Assembly: GCA_000320545.1 (NCBI GenBank)
Contig: ADNK01002555.1
Span: 29,284-93,283, forward strand
Direction of reading: 5' to 3'
DNA length: 64,000 nt
DNA from: Bigelowiella natans CCMP2755
Taxonomy: Eukaryota; Protista; Cercozoa
The stretch's first letter is position 1, and every line of letters begins with the position of its first letter. Below the pieces are notes generated by a model that did no database searches, was not told the origin of the DNA, and saw only the letters and a list, made by a program, of their open reading frames with translations. Below are positions 38,601-52,956 of the stretch, in pieces. Position numbers and translations under genes: made by a program.

Positions 38601-39591
38601 CATGCTTATGTGCGACGCAAGCGCGAGCTTTCAAAAGCGGTTTGAAGCTTCGATGCACATGCAGTGAGAAAGCGAGACGTGTTCACCCGCACCACTAGAC
38701 TAGCGCACCAGCGTGGCGCAGCGGGGTTTTTCCGTACACGTGTGATTGCATGGTGTGTGCGCACGCACTTGCATGCGCATTCAAAACACAGCTGCAGCGC
38801 TGCAAATTGGTTGCAAATCTTGCCAAACTTCTCATGTTTTTGGCAAAAAGAGCCGCCTGTGTTGCTGCCTTGAAGCTGACACGTTTTTGATCGTTTTTCG
38901 GTCAAAAATTGGATTTTGACGCTCGGCCAAGCTAGCAAGCTGCAGGTGTGTTCTGTGATCACGTTTGTTCATCGATCTGAAGCGCTGCGCGCACTCGCAT
39001 GCTTTGAAAGCTCATGATGACATGAGAATTTGTATTTGCACTCATTGCTGCTTCATGCATGCCACCATCCGTCCATCAAGTGGACTGCACTTCCTGCTGT
39101 GTGTGTGCGCCACGCTTTTGCTTTGGTTGACACTCGTCAAGTTTGTTGCTTCTCGTCCATGCACATCGCATTGCAGCCAAATGATTTCTTGGCCGCCACA
39201 TTATAGACACGTAATATCACATGTATACGTCATATGTGCTATTGCGGATACTTATCATAGACACGTAATATCATATGTGTATCACATATGCTATTACTAT
39301 GTCTATCATCCGTTCATGTGATGATCCAGCATGATTAGCAGGTAGCTCTAATAAGCTCAACAAGTCATCCATTACATCAATGATTCCACATGCGCATGCT
39401 CTGATGTGCCAGCTGCGTTGCTTCTCTTGCAAATTCGAGCTTTGTCTGGTGCCAAGCACACAGAAGCAACCTGTCATCGATCAATTGTTTGATGATGTGC
39501 CATGGAACGTGTTGCATGTGTCAAAAATTTGCGCTGAACTGCCTGTAGACTTCTGGGAGATTCTAACGCACAGACGGATACACATGTGGGT

Positions 39592-39629
<38 letters not shown>

Positions 39630-39850
39630 ACACAGGAACGCAAGAACACAGACGAACGCACAATTGCACAACGTCAGAGTCACATTTGGTGCAATTTTGA
39701 GATTTCAAGTGCGGAATTAAATAACAAACTGGGGGGGAAAGACGTTATGAGTGAAAACATATCCATTGAACATCCAAATGGCGTGATGGTTTATCAATGC
39801 ATGCTGATTGGAACCTCAGGAAGCCGTTTGTTGTGATCAGAATGCCATCG
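35654..39850. other. TpA-depleted island D (extreme 35654-39200; weaker continuation left of the LTR element at ~29240-29934); probably an old TE/viral relic
   Basis: By-eye count of roughly 27 TA in 35654-39200, about 23 of them in CTAG. CpG abundant. The 240-aa ORF 37400-38122 has no Tyr. Confidence 0.9.
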
Positions 39851-40699
39851 AGAACCCATTTGCTACAAATAATATGAAAATACTAATCAATTTGTTAACC
39901 ATAATCAGGAGAAAAATGAGTTAATAATAAGAATGAAATTTTAACTATTCCGTCTATATTTACACAGATAGAAGTGCACTCTTGCACACATACAATAAAC
40001 GTACTGCACCTTAGAGTCTTGCTGTTCAAGAAGTATTCTCATTTTTTCAATTACTTCCGGAAGCTTCTTCAACTAAAGCAAATGAACAATGATGTAATGA
40101 TATATATATACTACAATATCGTCTTTATTTTATTGAAAATATTACAGATAAATCTCTGCCATGATGGCGCTGTTGTATGTCGCCCGACTTTGGTAGAATA
40201 GCCTGCATTCTCTGAATGTATAAAAGTATGTTTTAAACAACGCTGTGCTAAGAAAAAGATAATGGAAGAATTGATAGCTACATACAATACCAGTAGACAC
40301 ATACTAATCGGGACAGTCACTCTCACTTCTCATATTAGTGCAGTCTATTTTTTTAAAATGTTGATATATTCAAATAATTATTTATGTAGATGCATATGTG
40401 GTATACGCTTAGTAGTCATATGACACCTACCTAAGACCTTCACAAAATAAATGAAACTTAGAATATTTGTTGTAGATTGAATTATCTATACGATATGCAC
40501 CTTAAGCAACTTTCTCAGCTCTAGATCCCAATCGTCATCATACATATTATCAAATCATCATTAGCACCAGATATTTTACTGATACACAGAAATGTAAGTC
40601 GTAGCAAATATTCTGAGCCAAAATTCAAACTAAAGTATCGTCTCGTTAATTGTGTTGTACTAATATGAGTCACCTGTTAGCCTGGTCTCCTCCTCCTCT

Positions 40700-43600
40700 T
40701 TATTCAGTCTAACAATCTAATATTTTTACAATTGGTAGTAACAACATGCATTTTTCCTTAGAAACGTATGATGGCAAAGTTTACATTAACATGTAAATAA
40801 ATTATCTAATTAACAACAGATACATAATTAAGCTATAGATATAGAGTATAATAATGTATGATATGTGAAAGTAGGAGGGGCCTAACAACTAATATTTTCA
40901 AATCATCATCGTTGTGAATCAACGCATTGACTGTTATATTATCATAAACTAACCGGTGAACTTGTTGTTGTTGTTGTTGTTGTTGTTTTCAAAGAGTCGC
41001 CATCAACAGTATTTGTTGATACAGTAATCTTAATATCTTCTTCTTTTACATCCGCTGATAGGAGCCCTACATGACACCAATCATCAATTGCAACAAGCAT
41101 ATGTGCTAACGAAGTGCCTTCCAAAAAAATAGAGATTCTGATGAAATTACGATATCCAATCGTTCAAACCTAATTCACTGAAGTGAGTCAACTATTATGA
41201 ATTGTATATCATACAATTTATGCATTTTCAAACACGCACATACACATACACTTAGATGTTAATGTAGTTATTACTTGGTCTATTAAAGTTGAACTCTTTT
41301 TTTAAGTCTACTTCTTACTTTTTTTCTTTTTCTTCTTCTTCGAAAAAAACAAGGTAGATTTCGGTACTGCTCCTACTTCAGAGCTGCTGCTAGTTTCGTC
41401 TGGTATGTTTATAATGCACAACAAAATTCAGAATTTATTTCGTATTGGTTCTTTCATATCTTATCATCATCACTTCTACTCTGGCTAAATACGCAAAAGT
41501 ACTAGTGGGTATAGTTAGGCCATCATCGCAGTGGTATACACACAGCAGCAAATATGTTTCAGTAAAAGAAGTGAATAGAATTATTAGTAGTAAAAACTAC
41601 ATATATGTGAATAACAGCAACTTTTACAGAACATCCCTTCCACCACCACCACCAGCAGCAGCAATAAGTACAAGTACAACTATATATAAGGCAGTAGTAT
41701 CGATACATAAATGATGCATACTTATAGAGTAACATTGACTACTGTGGGAAGTAGTAGTAGTAGTAGTATCATCATTATTTTGTTTTTGCTTACCTTCTTG
41801 TTCAGATTTCTTAATTTGCTGTCGTTTGACAAGAGAGGCATAAACTCCTGTTCCATTCTTTAATAATTCTTCATGAGTTCCTTCCTCCCAATTCTTGCCA
41901 TCTTTTAGTACGATGATCTAATAATTCAACAATCTTTCTTAGCTGAGCACAAGGAGTTGATAATGATAGTCGCACATAGACATCTATCCTCGTCTCATAG
42001 TATGTAGGCAAATTCTCAATATTACATGACGATGAAATGATCAGCACTCTTCTATACCTTATTTGCATTTCGAATTGTGCTCAATCGATGAGCGATAACG
42101 ACAGTTGTGCCCCCCACCTTTAATTTTGAGGGATTGTCATTTGCTCATAAACAAGTATTGAAACCTGCTCAATTGCTGATGCTGCTACTTCTTCTACTAC
42201 TAATACCACTGCTACTAATCAAGTGTATAATATAAGTATGTCAATGCATCATGCTCATCATCGTCCCCAAGAGGAATTCTGATACTACTATTACTACTAC
42301 TACTACTACTACTACATATTGTTGCCCCCCCCCTCTTGTGTATGCTTGATGTTTTATGAATCTCATATCCTATCAATCACCACCTCTTTTATCATTTCGT
42401 CTAAAGCCTTTTGTACTTTCTCTTCAGCATGTGCATCAAGAGCGCTTGTCGCTTCATCCTAAGGAGGGGTAGGCAGGCAGGTAGGTAGGTAGGTAGGTAG
42501 GTAGGTATTAGGGTATTTAAGGAGGATGAGGAGGAGGATGAGGATGAGGATGATGAGGAGGAGGATGAGGAGGAGGAGGAGGAGGATGAGGAGGAGGAGG
42601 AGGGTTAGGGTGTACAGATTTTACATCGTTTGAGCTCAAGCGTGTGTGTTTATGTGTGTACGTGCGTGCGTGTGCATGTGTTGATGCATTACATGTTGAA
42701 CATACTACTATTACCAATTGCAGTACCATTATCATCGGCAGCAGCAGCATCATCACGTGTATCATCAAACCCGCTATGCGCATGCTAACTACTAATACTA
42801 ATTTGAGTAGCAGTATCTACAACGAATTCTATCTTCTATGATGAAGATAAAGAAGATTAGAGAACACGCTGCTACCCTACCCACCAGAAGGAGCATAGAA
42901 GGCTTCGTGAGTAAGGCTCTTGCAATTGCGATTCTAGCATTAGGATTAAGGTTAGCATTATCCTTGCAGCAGTCACAGAGTATATCATATAACCGAAGAA
43001 TTCTTGTTTCAAGCAAAAGCAAAAAAAGAGCATAAGTGATCATATAACATAATTTGTTTCACCTTTGCTTTTGACCTCCAGACAACTTAATTCCTCGTTC
43101 TCCCACCTTCCACACACCATTATTAACATCATCATGATCATGATCATCATCTTGTGAGTGAGTGGCTGATTGATTGAATGACCTCTGTTCGTAGACGATC
43201 TGGAAGCTTTCTCACAAAGTCCCAAGCATTGGCCTATTATACATGCAATACATGTTGTTGCATCAGCCAGCTAGTAGCATTGAAAGACAACGGTGATAAG
43301 TGGTAGGTAGGTAGGTAGATTGGTTGGTAGGAGTACATCAAAGTTGATGCAATAAACACTAACTGCTCACCTTCTTCAACGCGCAAATGATCTCTTCGTC
43401 TGAAGGTGCTTTATCTGTTTGCAGAAATGAATTGGAATCACTACTTATTGGTACTTACATGTTGCGTACAACAACCAACTAATTATGTGCCCAAATACGA
43501 ATGTATTGTGGTGTAATTGATCTTAACACGATATATGTGATACCTGTGCAGCCATAGATAAGATTTTCTCTAATTGTTTTATTGAATAGAACAGGCTCTT

Positions 43601-46600
43601 GCGATACAACACCTAAATATTAATTATATATCACTATTTATTACAGAGGTGGTATTTAATGTTGAGTAGTAGTGCATTGTGTACGTATTGATGATACAAC
43701 TGAAAGATTGGTCTCACAACATCGTATTCTTACTATGGTGCTCCTTACTACATACAATGAAGAAAAGTACTATATTTACCTATGCATTGTCGTAGAGCTC
43801 TAGGATTATATTCCTCTAAAGGTTTGTCGTCAAGTATAATAGACCTGCACCATGATAGGAATTACATCACCATTAAGTCAAGTACCAGCAGTAGTAGTAG
43901 AGAAGCAGTGGTGGTAGTAGTAGTTGTTGTAGTAGTAGTTGTAGTAGTAGTAGCATTAGTAGTACCCTCTCTGCACACTATAAAACCGTTGCAGCAGTCG
44001 TACAACCTAAAAGAAAAAATAATAACACAAATACGCACGATGATGCAGCAGAAACACACATAAAAACTATAACTTATATATATTGTATCAACATATTTTG
44101 CCGATATAATAGTTCCTAGTATATCATGTTTTTATGTCCTCTCTTGAACATTACCCTTAATCTACTTCCTTCCTTCTCTGAAGATCATCATCATCATCAT
44201 CTTCTTCTTTTTCTTCTTCTTCTTTCAGCTTTTTTTCTTCTTACTATCGTTACTACTTACCGAGCTTTTTCCACTACCAGAGGGTCCAACAAATGCCACA
44301 ATCTGTACAGGTATTAGTAGTATTAGTGGTAGTAATAGTAGTAGTAGTAGTCGTAGTAGCAGTAGTATGGTTAGGAGGAATTTCTGATGACTACGTTTCA
44401 CATCTCCATCTCAACCTCCTCCTATTGCTACTTCTACTACTATTGGTCATTCATCACCAAAACAACATGGTAAGGGGGGGAGGGTTGGACGAAATTGAGA
44501 GGCAGATTACTACAGTACAAAGTGAGTATCTCTGAAGGAATGAGCACACACGTAATCATTATTACTATCGGCAGCTACTCCTTCTTCGCCATTTGTTATG
44601 TCTGATACTACTATCAATCAATCAATCATCATCTTTGAATTACTACCTGCCCTTTTTCAGCTACGAAGTTAAGTCCGTTTAATACCAGCACGTCTTGTCG
44701 TGTAGGGTACCTAAAGAGAGAGAAGTAGTAGTAGTAGTAGTAGTAGTAGTCGCTTTTGAATCAACAGAGAAAAATCTTAATTAATCAGCAAATAGCAGTA
44801 CAGTACTTTACTACTGTCCTCCCAACATGAAGAAATCATGTGCTACTTATTATTTGCTATTATAACAATACATTTAGGATTTTTTTTCTTTTAATTGATA
44901 AACAAATAATTAGCGTTAATAGTACATGAATACGACGTCCTTAAATTCTATTTTCCCTCCAATCATTTCAGGTGTATAGCTGCCAGTAGTACACTGCTGC
45001 TTCTAATATGATGTGTGATTATAAAATATGATTATTGTAATAATAATAGTAATAGTGATAATAATAAAATAGTTATCACTTCTTAAAGTATGATATTGCA
45101 ATTGATCAAATTCCGACAAGCAAGTTCCTTTCTCTTCCTTAATAGATTTCTTACTTGTACACGTAGTAATAATTAATAATAGCTCAAGGAGGGAGATCGT
45201 ACCATGATATCTCTTTCATGATGAGGAGAAGGAGGAGGAGTAGACTAGTGCAATAATACTATATCTTACTACTAATAATAGTGCTACTACAAGTGTTGGT
45301 ATCCACTACTACTACTACTACTAGTTCTACATTGGGTTGTTCTTCTTCTTCGCTTTTATGTTTGGTGCGTAGAGGTTCAATCTGGTTAAAATAAATCATT
45401 TTTACCACCGAAGAAACTGACAACATAAACATACAAACTGCACAGTTTAGACTATACTACAATTTGTATTATTGACCATTGGCTTACTCTCAAGGATGTT
45501 TACGAGTTGTTCTGCCTGTTATAATGTCCCAATATGCATAATAAATGATGATGGTGGGTGAAGTATCATGAAATAATAACAAATGGATGATAATAGCAAT
45601 ATGGATGGGGAAAACAAAAGCTTTGGCAAACCAACATAAAGGTTAAGAATCGTGGTCATGCTATTTGTATATGTTATTAATTGATCTTATTATTACTACG
45701 TGTTACAGAACATCGTTATTCGTATCTATCTAATTTATGATAAAGGTACCCATCATCCTACCCCCCCCCCCCATCCTAATCTACAACCTACTACCTCTGG
45801 CATTGCATCAGTAAGTGTTCGTATGGTTGAGAAGAATGACGTCAAATTGCTGGAGAGATTCTAACAAAACCACGACAAGATAACATCATGTTAACAACCC
45901 GTACTTTTCATTCTCTACATGGCAATAGAAAACATATACACATTTTTTGGAAAATGAAACAACTTGTGTGCGCTTGATTGTTAGATTTAGCGTCGTATTG
46001 TTGCCATTATTTATTGTTATCATTATTATTACTGTTGTTATATATGTAATAATACTGAACATAGTTAAAACGATGATGATTAATACTTTGGCTGAATCCA
46101 CGAGGATAACCATATCTTCAGGCCTCAAAGCAGAATGAACGTTCTAATAATAACACAAATTGATCACTTAGATAACAATTAAGTGTGGAAAAATTCAAGG
46201 AAATTGGGCATTCAATGAAACACTGACACACAACAACTCATTCAAACAAAAAAGACAACCTGCAAAAAACTAATATGCATGTTTGCTTGTAGTGCAAGTA
46301 ACATAGTAGATAGGAGTGATATATGATGATTTTGAACGGTAGAAAAGAAGTAACGAAAAGAAGATATTCTACTAATACAACTCTACATTCATCATCAAGC
46401 AAACACAATGGCTGTTACCACAACTACCTGCACTAAGTACCCCGCGTAACACATGAAGGTTATGTCAATCATTTGCCTTACAGATGAGTTGACGAGACTA
46501 ATGCCCTGTTTATTTGGGTGGTAGTGGTGGTGATAACAGTGGCATAAAATACAGGTAGCATCATGCTGATGAAGGAGCAGCAGAAAGGAATCATCAATGC

Positions 46601-47290
46601 AGACATGAGCCAGCAACAACTTGAATTGGTGGTGATCACATGCATGATATCACATTCATGGCACATAGTAGTAGTGGTAGTTGTGTATTGGTCAAGTAGT
46701 ACTGGTTATATTCATAGCACATAGTAGAAGTGGTAGTTGTGGTAGTGGTGGTCTTTGTTGAAGCGATGCAATTGTGCTTCATCTCACAGTCATTTCATGC
46801 AGTTATCGTTCAGAATGCATCATGATGATGAGGATGATGATGATCAAAATGAGATCATTCTCATTAGTGTAAAAGGCATTCCTTGGCAACAGTCAACATC
46901 GTAAATGCCAAAAGCAGTACTCCTACCTGTTCCATTGCCATAGTTTCAAAACGAATAGCAGAGCTGATCATTATTAAAAGTTATTTGCAGTTAGATATAG
47001 ATACTACTTATGTCATCACGCATCACCTCGCTTTCTGCATATTATCGTATTCTTGGATCTCAAGATTTTCACGGCCTGAATTATGACAAATACGCTATCA
47101 TTCATTTAACACTGAGAAGGTTTCATGAGGCCTCTTGAAATAGATCTTCTTCTTGATAGTAATTTATAATCATCATCATGCTGTTAATCATCCTACCTGC
47201 TATAATGCAGTAGCATCACTGGACAATTTATCCATTCGACGATATCATCATCATCATCATCATCATCATTATCATCATCATCATCATGTG

Positions 47291-47327
<37 letters not shown>

Positions 47328-47505
47328 TATTACCAAATGATCGCATTGTACGTATATTGGAGAGAACTTCATTGATATTATACCCCTCACGATACCTCCT
47401 ATATGATCTACATATGTAGCCATCCATTTAAACAGCAGCAGCCATAAATAAGGGAAATCATTAGGAGCTATAATGCTTATTATAAATCTTATGTGTTAAT
47501 AAAAT

Positions 47506-47547
<42 letters not shown>

Positions 47548-49050
47548 TCTCCCTCTCTCTCTATCTCTCTCTCTCCTTGATAAGTAGAAGTAATCACACG
47601 CACACACACACTCACACACACACACGCACACACACAACGTCCACATACAACACACACTACCTATCCCACATCCATGACATTCTCCGCCAAGAATACCTGA
47701 AGTAACAACGATAATGTGTGTGTGTGTGTGTGTGCGTGTGTGTAATTTCAACAATAATACCGCATCATGGCATGAGAGGTTATTATTATTACATTGCCAT
47801 CGGAACCGATATAGGAAGAGAGGCAAGTGAAAGCAGAGTTAACTTCGGTGATTTTGCCCAGAGAAGACTCAAATGTGCTACAATTCTAGGGAATACAATT
47901 ATCATGAGATGAAGAAGATGATGAAGAAGAAGAGGAAGCAAGTAACAAAAGATTGTTATCACTAACTCGATTAAATATTACCATTCATTATAACTCCTTC
48001 ATATAAAATCATACACAGTCATCATTTGAATTTGGCTCATGTTTATACCACGTATTAACGTAGTTATTATATTTTCAGATATTTTCTTTTGCTTGAGATA
48101 AAAATAATAGTAAAATTGTGTATCACACTACCATTCATTATTGATCATGAATGGCATTATTTTGTATTAGTTGTAAAAAAACATTGCGTTGTAAGCTACT
48201 ACTACTACTAACCTAGAGACAGTAGAAAGCATGTTCAGAGGAGTGTGTATTAGCATTCCTAATACCGCACTTGGCATGTACCTTATAACATATAACCAAA
48301 AAAACCAATAAAATAGTTAGGAAGGTTAGCACCTGCAGAAGACCTATCAGTAGCAAATTACCCATCAATTAGCAGTAGTAGCACATAACGTTGTACATCC
48401 AAATATAAGAATAGTGTTGTTTAAAAACTACTCCGCCGTATTTATAGGTACCAGATATGAATGAGTGTATCATTATTATTATCATCACGAGTACAATACG
48501 TGATATGAATGAAGTAGTGTATTATTTATTACTAATATTAATATCAGCACGAATACAATACTACGTGATTCGCATAATCTCATCCACTCGATTTGCGTCA
48601 AAATACTGCATATCCTAAGCAATACGATAATTATAGTAGCATCAAATAAACAAACAGTAGTAACAGGTTCAAGTTATGACATCATCATACCGATAAAGAT
48701 GAGGAAATGAATGAAGCCTATAGTGCATAGGATGACAATGATGATGATGACTATTATCATTATTATGATATACCGCATGTCTTTCATTGTCTCTTTTTTG
48801 TTGTTCAGAGAACTATGGCAGAACCCATTTCGAGATTGTACGATTTTGAAAATGTGGATGTGTAGTAGTAGCAGTAGCAACAATAGCATCTGTGTCTTTG
48901 AATTTGTGACAAGTTATAGGTTATTTTTAAGTAAGGAAGAAGTAGTAACAAGTCATCATCTATTATTATATCCTTCACTACCACCTGTGAGAGAATAGCT
49001 CTATAAATATCTTTACGTATTATAGATAAGGAAGCACATCTCATACTAAG

Positions 49051-49082
<32 letters not shown>

Positions 49083-49365
49083 AAATGGTGAATCAACACA
49101 CAATCACAAATACCATATAACAAACGCTACATATTCTCCAATATATATATAGATATTGTGTATCAAATTTTGGTCGGTCGGGTCTTAGTAATGAACCGTA
49201 ATGGTGTTATTTGAAAATACAGAAAATGAAGAATAAAACTTAGGTATATCATAATCATAATACAACTGTCCTCGTTATTATATGATTGAAAATAGTACTA
49301 CCTCGTGTTCAAATACGATTGTGCTACTCCAAGCATCTAATTGTAGCCGTAGAAGTATATGCATG

Positions 49366-49406
<41 letters not shown>

Positions 49407-51247
49407 AGAATAATAGATGAATGAAATGACCGTTTCTTCATGTTCGTAACTCTGTACTTCTAATGTAATATCTATATATGATTTATGAAACATATATAAT
49501 ATATATGCATAATCTGGATCACTACTCTGATATTAATCCCATTGCCCTGATTTTCCTACCTACAACTACCACTACTACTACTACAACTACTACTAATTCC
49601 TACAACCTGTGTTAGGAGTGAAATCGATGCTATAGCCGTACAAGAGTCCTTAATCTGATTGTTGTTGTTGCTGTTGTTTAGTGATTGTAATAAGTTTCAC
49701 CAACAGTTGGTGGTGGTAGTAGTATACGAGAAGAATTCAAATAAATAGCGGTTGGTGTGGAGATTCGGTACATAAATAGAAAACATGCCATATATATTTT
49801 GGACAAAAACATATGATATAATAAATAATCTCTTCTTCCCTCATTTTACCTTTTCCCAGGCATTTGGCATTGTTGCATACTTTGCTATTTGAGCCTGTAA
49901 CAGTAGAATAATATATAATAGAATGCAGTTTATTGCTATTGCTCTCAATCTTACTCCTACGTCTATCTAACCATGATGGAGATGGTGTATGTATTGGATA
50001 TGTTGTGTTGTTGCTATATTGTTGCCTATCCCTCTCCTAGTAATATTATTTCTCTGCTGTCGTAAGTAAGTACGTAAGTAACTAAGCAGTATGTGGATGG
50101 GTAAGTAATATTTAATGGTTATTTGCCTATATATCATCCTTACTTGTGGTAATGAGTGTTGTTGTTGTTGATGATGATGTTGTGGTTATTATCGTTGTTC
50201 TTGAAGTATACACCATATAATGAAGCTGAACTGCGGGAAGTGCTGATTGAACGATTCTATTGGTATGATGAGTAAACACAACAACAGGTAATGCTAATTG
50301 AACGATTATATTGAAGTCCTTCAATACCACGACTGTTTACTTACTAACACACATTACGTAACAATACACCGTACAATATAGTGATACGTCAACACGCACA
50401 CATACCAATGATACATCATTACGTAACAATACACCGTACAATATAGTGATACGTCAACACGCACACATACCAATGATACATCATTGCAAGCTTTATATGG
50501 GAATATTTATGTGATAAGGAAACATTGTGTCGTAATTTCACCTTAAGAGAAAATTCCCCAAGTATAACTTCCAAACCTATCATTTGATCTATCTCATCAT
50601 CCTCATCATCATCATCATCAACATAACCTCTAAGCTATCACCATCATCATAACTTGTTGGCAGCCACCATTGTGTGATACATACTTGTTGGATGTAAGGA
50701 AGCAAACGAAGAAGCTTATATCTTTGTTCCTGAGAAGAAATCAGTAATACGGGGAAGGGTGAATATAGCAAGACTAGTAGCAATAGTAGTAGTAGTAGTA
50801 GTAGTAGTAGTAGCAGTAGTTTAATTTTGGCAGCATTACCTTTCTAACTTTTGATACTAATTTTGTCATTTCGATCTCTGCTTTTAAGGCCTTAGCCACA
50901 CGGTCATCTTTGGCAAAATGCTCCTTAACACGTTTAATTACCTAATTACATACTAGTGTTATATCGTATTCATACTTCATTACGTAGCATTATATGCCGT
51001 AGTATTGAGGTTAGAGCAGTGGTAATAGCACCACCACCAGCAGTAGTAGAAGAAGAGAAGGTTGTAACGACACAAGATTACGGTGCTAGTATTGATCAAT
51101 AAATAAAAATAATACAAAAATAATACTGTACTGTACTGTACTGCTACTGTGAGTACTTGTACTACTATTACTACTACTACTACTTTGAGAAGATTTGTTA
51201 GCTTCTTTCCCGTTGAATATGATTCCGGTATGGGGTTACTGCATATG

Positions 51248-51285
<38 letters not shown>

Positions 51286-52921
51286 TCTACGGATATGGAT
51301 GCATACAATAACATCAAACCAGCGTTGTTGTTGAGAATAACAATAGGAGCACGATCAACATAAGTTATTATATGTCAAGAACAAAATCTCATGAGAGAAG
51401 ATAAAGAAATAATAACAATATCCATCATGGTGATACTGGTGATAACGATGACAAAGCAAATGGTAATAAGCACTGTAATAAGAAAGAATTTTCTTGCTTG
51501 ACCTTCTGTGTTTGTCTATCGTCAAACTTAAGAATAGATTGTATTTACGTGTTGTGATTGTGACTATTCTTCTTATTCTTATTCTTCTTCTTCTTCTTCT
51601 TCTTCTTCTTCTTGCCCCAACAATCACAACCCGTCATTGTCTGGATTGCCCTTGCGTGAATTGATAGTATTAGATGTTGTTAATCGTATGTCATGCGTCA
51701 CCGTCTGAGTAGGAGGAGAGAGGGGCCATGATCCATCATTACAATTGATTATAATAATAATTATTTATTATTATATTATTATTTATTATTATTTATTATT
51801 ATTATTATAATAATAATAGGATATGACGTAGTAGTAGTTATTAATAGTGAATAAATAGCAACAACAAAAACAAGGGAGAAAAGGAAGGTTGGATAGCAGA
51901 AGAAGAGCTGCTGAACAAATCTAACCAAGTCCGACAATGTATGTTCAGAATCGCATAATAGTGGATATGTGAGTCATCATATTCATAATCTTCCTCTATT
52001 ATAATGTGGGTTTGGCAGCGGGTGTGTGTTGTAGCTAGATTGTTGTAACATAAAACAACCCAAATTTGAATAATAGGTCTTAGCGTAACGGTATAGTGTA
52101 TTATTGTTATAAATTTTGACTCGGATGCAGCGGTGAGACTAAACAGTTGATGATTTGTTCTTCCTCGCCACCAAACAACTTATCAATGTCATTATTATCT
52201 CATATATAATGGTGTAAACTCTCTTTTCCTCGCTGACTCACTCACTTTGGCAAGTAAATCCACAGCGGCATCAAATTTACATCTTTCTGAATCAATTCCA
52301 ATCTACTCATTTGATGTTATTTTTTGCGTTGTATGCAGGAGTGGGGGGGGGGGGGGAAGAGGGTGAAACACATATCAGCAATCCTATCAGAAGAACGATA
52401 ACAATGAATAAAATAACAGCACAAATGATGAATCGTGGAATGGTAATAATTTTCGAACATAGACGACGACTCACTCACCACTTCTTTCTTTATTAATTTT
52501 TACAATATATCAATTTTATCATCCTTTACAATTGCCAGTAGTAATAGTAGTAGGAGTAGTAGTAGTAGTAGTAGTACCTTCGTTACAACTTTCTCGGTAT
52601 CCGTATCAATTAGCAGCTGAATACAAATTACCAACAAACCAAACTAGTATCAGTATTACACCAAAAGGATGATATTAATCATATCCGCTAAAAGAGTACA
52701 TAAGCATATACCTCAAGATACATGAATATATAAATATTAAAGGTATGGTTTGTGTTGATAGGAGGTCAGACGTTCGGTGTGCTTACTTACTACAACTACT
52801 ACTACTACTACTACTACCTTAAGAAGTTTCTCAGTAGTTATCATTTTCTGCACTTTCAGCTTGGATTTTCCCTACACGCAGCAGTCAATGATAACACTAA
52901 TGATAATGATGAAGATGGAAT

Positions 52922-52956
<35 letters not shown>

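Noticed and set aside
35654-39200. 5mC CpG deamination as the cause of the TG/CA excess
   Set aside because: CpG is plentiful here (CGCGCG, ACGCG, TCGA); the missing dinucleotide is TA.
35678-39321. Many overlapping Cys/His-rich ORFs as real genes (also in islands A, B, C, E)
   Set aside because: TA loss removes TAA/TAG stops and Tyr codons in all six frames, inflating spurious ORFs.
42601-42610. AGGGTTAGGG telomeric motif
   Set aside because: Under two units, at the edge of an intronic (GAG)n tract.
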